Source of the DNA: Novosphingobium sp.
GTDB lineage: Bacteria; Pseudomonadota; Alphaproteobacteria; Sphingomonadales; Sphingomonadaceae
Length of the DNA stretch: 62,652 nucleotides
Direction of reading: 5' to 3'
Assembly (NCBI GenBank): GCA_031413595.1
Contig: JANOFJ010000150.1
Coordinates: forward strand, 1 to 62,652
The position numbers and the translations under genes are program-made. The notes below the pieces were generated by a model. It was not told where the DNA came from. It was given only the letters and a program-made list of their open reading frames with translations, and ran no database searches. This document shows positions 58,448 to 62,652 of the stretch, one piece after another (position 1 is the first letter of the stretch; each line of letters starts with the position of its first letter).

Positions 58448-59155
58448 ATGGGTGAGCAGTTCAGGCAAAGGTTACTCCTTGGCGGCGTTATCGCCATTTT
58501 GAGCGTGCTGGCTGCCTGCGCACCCAAGGCCCCGCCACCGCCGCCGCCCCCGCCACCGCCCAAACCCGTCGTTTATGTTCCGCCGCGCCCACGCCCCCCG
58601 ATCGGCGCACCGGCCGGCGTGGCAGTGCCGCCGCTTGGTGCCAATGGTGTGCGCCAGACGGTCAACGCTAATCTCAGCCCGACCCAAGCTACGTGGAACT
58701 TCCGTTCGGCCTATAATGTGGCCGCACTTAATTGCCTGAAGCCGGAGCACGCGGATATTCTGGTAGGCTATCGCACGTTCCTCAAGTCGCATGCGCGCGG
58801 CCTGAAGGCGGCCAACCGCGGCGTGGATGACGATTACCGCAAGCGGTTTGGTGCAGCTTTCATCCGGCCTCGCGAAGCTTATATGACCCAGGTCTATAAT
58901 TACTTCGCATATCCGCCGACCCTGGCCGCTTTCTGCGATGCTGCATTGGTGGCGAGCCGGGAATCAATCACCGTGAAGCGGGCCGATCTGCCGGCCTTTT
59001 CCGCACGCAGCCTGACTCAGCTCGAATTGGTGTTTGAGCAATTTTATCGCAGTTACGAACAGTACAAGACCGACGCCGCCCTGTGGGACGCCAAATATGC
59101 GCCCGCGCCGATGGCACCTGTGGCTCCGGCCAGTACTGCTCCTTCGGTCAAGTAA
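58448..59155 (+). CDS. lipoprotein with poly-Pro stalk, unknown function
   Basis: lipobox LAAC, 10 consecutive Pro, helical domain with NVAALNC and AFC. Confidence 0.8.
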   Translation: MGEQFRQRLLLGGVIAILSVLAACAPKAPPPPPPPPPPKPVVYVPPRPRPPIGAPAGVAVPPLGANGVRQTVNANLSPTQATWNFRSAYNVAALNCLKPEHADILVGYRTFLKSHARGLKAANRGVDDDYRKRFGAAFIRPREAYMTQVYNYFAYPPTLAAFCDAALVASRESITVKRADLPAFSARSLTQLELVFEQFYRSYEQYKTDAALWDAKYAPAPMAPVAPASTAPSVK

Positions 59156-59249
59156 TTTAACCCTTCCAAGCTTGGTCCCGCTTCGCTAAGGGGTCCGTTC
59201 CCGCGGGCGGCCAGCGGTTCAAGCTGGCGAAGCGCGCTCGCACTGGACT

Positions 59250-59325
<76 letters not shown>

Positions 59326-59404
59326 GTAGCGGGACTTTTTTTCAATAAGTGGTATGCTGCGGTCGTGGGGCGACTTGGTTCCACGAACAGACAAGTATTC
59401 GATC

Positions 59405-60457
59405 ATGCATTTTCTCGATCAGGCCAAGATTTTCATTCGTTCCGGCGCTGGCGGCCCCGGCGCCGTCGCGTTTCGGCGTGAAAAATACGTGGAGTACGGC
59501 GGCCCCGACGGCGGCGATGGCGGCAAGGGCGGCGATATAATCTTCGAGGCGGTGGCCGGACTAAATACGCTGATCGACTTTCGTTATACCCAGCATTTCA
59601 AGGCTCCGCGTGGTACCGGCGGTTCGGGCAAAAACCGCACTGGCGCAGGCGGTCCCGATCTTGTGATCAAGGTCCCGATCGGGACGCAGGTGCTCGACGA
59701 CGACCGCGAGACTGTGCTGCTTGACCTCAAGGAGCCTGGCAAGCGGGTCACCCTGCTGCGCGGCGGCGATGGCGGGCGCGGCAATGCCAGCTATAAATCG
59801 AGCACCAACCGCGCCCCCCGCCAGCATGGGCCGGGCTGGCCGGGCGAGGAAATGTACGTCTGGCTGCGACTTAAACTGCTCGCCGATGCGGGGCTGGTCG
59901 GGCTGCCCAATGCGGGTAAATCAACCTTCATCAACGCGCTGAGCAACGCCAAGGCCAAGGTCGGTGACTATCCCTTCACGACGCTGCGCCCGCAACTTGG
60001 AGTGGTGCGCCACAAGAACCGCGAATTTGTGCTGGCCGATATTCCCGGCCTGATCGCGGGCGCTGCGGATGGCGCCGGGATCGGTGATCGGTTCCTCGGT
60101 CATATTGAGCGGTGCCGGGTGCTGATCCACCTGATCGACATCAATGGCGTCGATCCGGCCGAAGCGCTTGAGATCATCGAGGAAGAACTGGGCATTTACG
60201 GCGAAGGGCTGGACGAAAAGCCGCGCCTGATCGCGCTCAACAAGATCGACACTGTCGATGCCGAACTGGTCAAGGCCTTCACCAAAGAGCTCAAAGCGGC
60301 CGGGGCCAGCAAGGTTTTCCCGATCTCGGGCGCGACCGGCAAGGGCATGGACGCGCTGCTCAATGCCGTGATCGAACACCTTCCCGCCGCTACGACCACC
60401 GAAAGGCCAACCGGCCAGCAGGAAGTGGCCGACGAGAAACTGTGGTCGCCGCTCTGA
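59405..60457 (+). CDS. obgE: GTPase ObgE/CgtA
   Basis: FLDQAKI, GGPDGGDGG, GLPNAGKS, YPFTT, DIPG, NKID. Confidence 0.97.
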   Translation: MHFLDQAKIFIRSGAGGPGAVAFRREKYVEYGGPDGGDGGKGGDIIFEAVAGLNTLIDFRYTQHFKAPRGTGGSGKNRTGAGGPDLVIKVPIGTQVLDDDRETVLLDLKEPGKRVTLLRGGDGGRGNASYKSSTNRAPRQHGPGWPGEEMYVWLRLKLLADAGLVGLPNAGKSTFINALSNAKAKVGDYPFTTLRPQLGVVRHKNREFVLADIPGLIAGAADGAGIGDRFLGHIERCRVLIHLIDINGVDPAEALEIIEEELGIYGEGLDEKPRLIALNKIDTVDAELVKAFTKELKAAGASKVFPISGATGKGMDALLNAVIEHLPAATTTERPTGQQEVADEKLWSPL

Positions 60458-60503
60458 AGTCGAATATTTGCAAGCCGCCAACTTTGCCCTAAGCCCCGGC
60501 GCA

Positions 60504-61646
60504 ATGCTTATCGCCCGCCTCTCTGACCTGACCGACAAGGCTATCTGCCCGCGCCTTGTGGTCAAGGTTGGCTCGTCATTGCTGGTCGGCCCGCACGGCG
60601 TCCGCCGCGGCTGGCTGGAAGGGCTGGTGGCAGAGATTGCCGCCGCCCGCGCGCGCGGCCAGGATATCATTATCGTCTCCTCGGGTGCGATTGCCCTGGG
60701 CGCGGCTACGCTGGGTCTCGACAAGGGCGGTCGCGGCAGTCTGGCCGATGCGCAGGCCGCCGCCGCCGTCGGCCAGATTGCGCTTTCAGGGCTTTGGGCG
60801 GAACTGCTGGGGCAGCACGGGCTGACTGCCGCGCAGCTGCTGCTGACGCTCGATGATCTTGAGGATCGCCGCAGATATCTGAATGCCACTGCCACGCTCA
60901 CCCGGCTGCTTGATGCCGGAGCGGTGCCGGTGATCAACGAGAACGACAGCGTGGCGACGCAGGAAATCCGCTTTGGCGACAATGACCGGCTCGCGGCCCG
61001 AGTGGCGCAGGCGGCGCGGGCCAGCGCGGTGCTGCTGCTGTCCGATGTCGATGGCCTGTATGACCGTAATCCCGCTGATCCCGCAGCGCAGCGCATTCCT
61101 GAGGTCCATGGGGTGACGTCAGAAATCCATGCGATGGCGACTGGCGGCTCGGCCTCGGGGATGGGTTCGGGGGGCATGACCTCCAAGCTCCAAGCCGCCG
61201 AGATTGCCGAACTGGCGGGCATCGCGCTGGTGATCGCCAACGGCACCCATGATGCGCCGATTGCAAGGGTGACCGGTCAGGGCATAGGAACGCTTTTCCT
61301 GCCCAGAACCGATCGGGGCCGAAAGGCCGGTGCGCGCAAGGCCTGGCTCGGCGGGCGGCTCAGGCTGAAAGGCGCGGTAACGATTGATGCCGGTGCGGCG
61401 CGCGCCTTGGCCAAGGCCAGCAGCCTGCTCGCCGCCGGGATCATCGGCGTGGAAGGCGAGTTCCAGCGCGGCGATGCCATCGCGATCCGCAATGATGCCG
61501 GCACCACCTTGGCGCATGGCCTTAGCGAATATGACGCGATCGAATGCGCCCGGCTGATGGGGCGGCAATCGTCCGAACAAGCCGAAATCCTCGGCTATGC
61601 CCCGCGTTCCGCCGTGGTCCACCGCGATCAGCTGGTCCTGCTGTGA
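60504..61646 (+). CDS. proB: glutamate 5-kinase with PUA domain
   Basis: VVKVGSS, VSSGA, INEND, FGDND.L, GSGGM.SK, HRD.LV. Confidence 0.96.
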   Translation: MLIARLSDLTDKAICPRLVVKVGSSLLVGPHGVRRGWLEGLVAEIAAARARGQDIIIVSSGAIALGAATLGLDKGGRGSLADAQAAAAVGQIALSGLWAELLGQHGLTAAQLLLTLDDLEDRRRYLNATATLTRLLDAGAVPVINENDSVATQEIRFGDNDRLAARVAQAARASAVLLLSDVDGLYDRNPADPAAQRIPEVHGVTSEIHAMATGGSASGMGSGGMTSKLQAAEIAELAGIALVIANGTHDAPIARVTGQGIGTLFLPRTDRGRKAGARKAWLGGRLRLKGAVTIDAGAARALAKASSLLAAGIIGVEGEFQRGDAIAIRNDAGTTLAHGLSEYDAIECARLMGRQSSEQAEILGYAPRSAVVHRDQLVLL

Positions 61647-62560
61647 CCATCGCAGTTACCGGCGCGACCGGGTTTGTCGGGCAGGCATTGCTTGACCGAG
61701 TTGGGCTCGACCGCGCGAGCGGCGACATCCGTGCTCTCACCCGGCGCGAGCAGCCCGCCCGAAACGGAGTTGACTGGGTTGCGGGCGATCTTGCCAACAA
61801 GGCGGCGCTGAAGCGCCTCGTCACAGGGGCGGAGGCGGTGATCCATGTCGCAGGTGTGGTCAATGCGGCTGATGCGGCCGGGTTCGAGGCGGGCAATGTC
61901 ATCGGCACGCTGAATGTGATTGAAGCCGCGGTGGCCGCAGGCGTCCCGCGCATCATCCATGTTTCCTCGCTCTCGGCGCGCGAGCCTGATCTGTCGGCCT
62001 ATGGCGCGTCCAAGGCGCGGGCGGAGAAGCTGGTCATGGCCAGCGGCCTCGACTGGACCATCGTTCGCCCGCCCGCGATTTATGGCCCGCGCGATACCGA
62101 AATGTTTGAGCTGTTCCGCCTCGCCCGCTGGGGGCTGTTGCCGATGCCGCCCAGCGAGGGCCGCGCCTCGCTGATCCATGTCGATGATCTGGCCCGCCTG
62201 CTGCTGGCGCTGGTGCCGGGCGGGGAGGATGTCAGCCACCAGACATTCGAGCCCGATGACGGCAGACCCGGTGGCTGGAGCCATTACGAGCTGGCCCGCG
62301 CGATCGGCTGGGCGATGGGGCGGCGGCCCTGGGTCGTCCACCTCAGCCGCGCCTCGCTCGAACGTGCCGCCCGCGCCGACCGGATGCTGCGCGGCGCCAA
62401 AGCCAAGCTGACGCTCGACCGGGTGGGCTACATGGCGCATCCCGACTGGGTTGCCAGCAACGGCGCCTGTCCTCCCCCCGCCCTGTGGAAACCCCGCATC
62501 CCCACCCGCGAGGGGCTGAAGGCGACCGCAGGGTGGTACCGCGAGAACCGCTGGATTTAG
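61643..62560 (+). CDS. NAD-dependent epimerase/dehydratase family protein
   Basis: TGATGFVG, HVAG, HVSSL, YGASK, RPPAIYGP; GTGA overlap with proB. Confidence 0.9.
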   Translation: MTIAVTGATGFVGQALLDRVGLDRASGDIRALTRREQPARNGVDWVAGDLANKAALKRLVTGAEAVIHVAGVVNAADAAGFEAGNVIGTLNVIEAAVAAGVPRIIHVSSLSAREPDLSAYGASKARAEKLVMASGLDWTIVRPPAIYGPRDTEMFELFRLARWGLLPMPPSEGRASLIHVDDLARLLLALVPGGEDVSHQTFEPDDGRPGGWSHYELARAIGWAMGRRPWVVHLSRASLERAARADRMLRGAKAKLTLDRVGYMAHPDWVASNGACPPPALWKPRIPTREGLKATAGWYRENRWI

Positions 62561-62587
62561 GATGGGCTGACATTGCCTTGAGCCACT

Positions 62588-62652
62588 CGTCATTGCGAGC
62601 GCAGCGCGGCAATCCAGAGTTTCGCGCGGGACTCTGGTTTGCCGCGCTGCGC
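62588..62652. repeat. long hairpin repeat (REP/REPIN/RPE-like), cut by the window end
   Basis: CGTCATTGCGA start; GCGCAGCGCGGCAA-T-CCAGAGT pairs with ACTCTGG-T-TTGCCGCGCTGCGC. Confidence 0.8.

Overview
High-GC alphaproteobacterial chromosome segment; gene content and order point to Sphingomonadales (Novosphingobium/Erythrobacter-like, an inference). It is almost entirely core genome: nagZ-scpA-scpB-tatABC, threonine dehydratase, bpt/ate-tamA-tamB, glnB-glnA with two NtrC-type boxes and a sigma54 promoter, argC, M17 aminopeptidase, map, ccmAB, ferredoxin, cysK, a complete dcw cluster (mraZ to ftsZ) followed by a TPR-SPOR gene rather than lpxC, proC, yccA-like, tRNA-Ala(CGC), obgE and proB. I see no integrase, transposase, CRISPR array or prophage. 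Accessory-looking parts are small: (i) an orphan GH24 lysozyme divergent from an HTH + membrane-protein operon with two 18-bp operators (17.0-18.7 kb); (ii) an AT-richer insert with a 4-His cupin and a ~160-bp array of GGGTGACAC boxes around an IHF-like site (25.3-26.3 kb); (iii) three palindromic interspersed repeats of two families. Sequence-level oddities include -1 slippery heptamers at the murC/murB and murB/ddl overlaps, nested duplications in the TamA signal peptide and an Ile-to-Asn change in the FtsZ T7 loop. I cannot demonstrate a new system from sequence alone; the candidates are hypotheses with stated tests. All family calls are from motif recognition by eye, not database searches.
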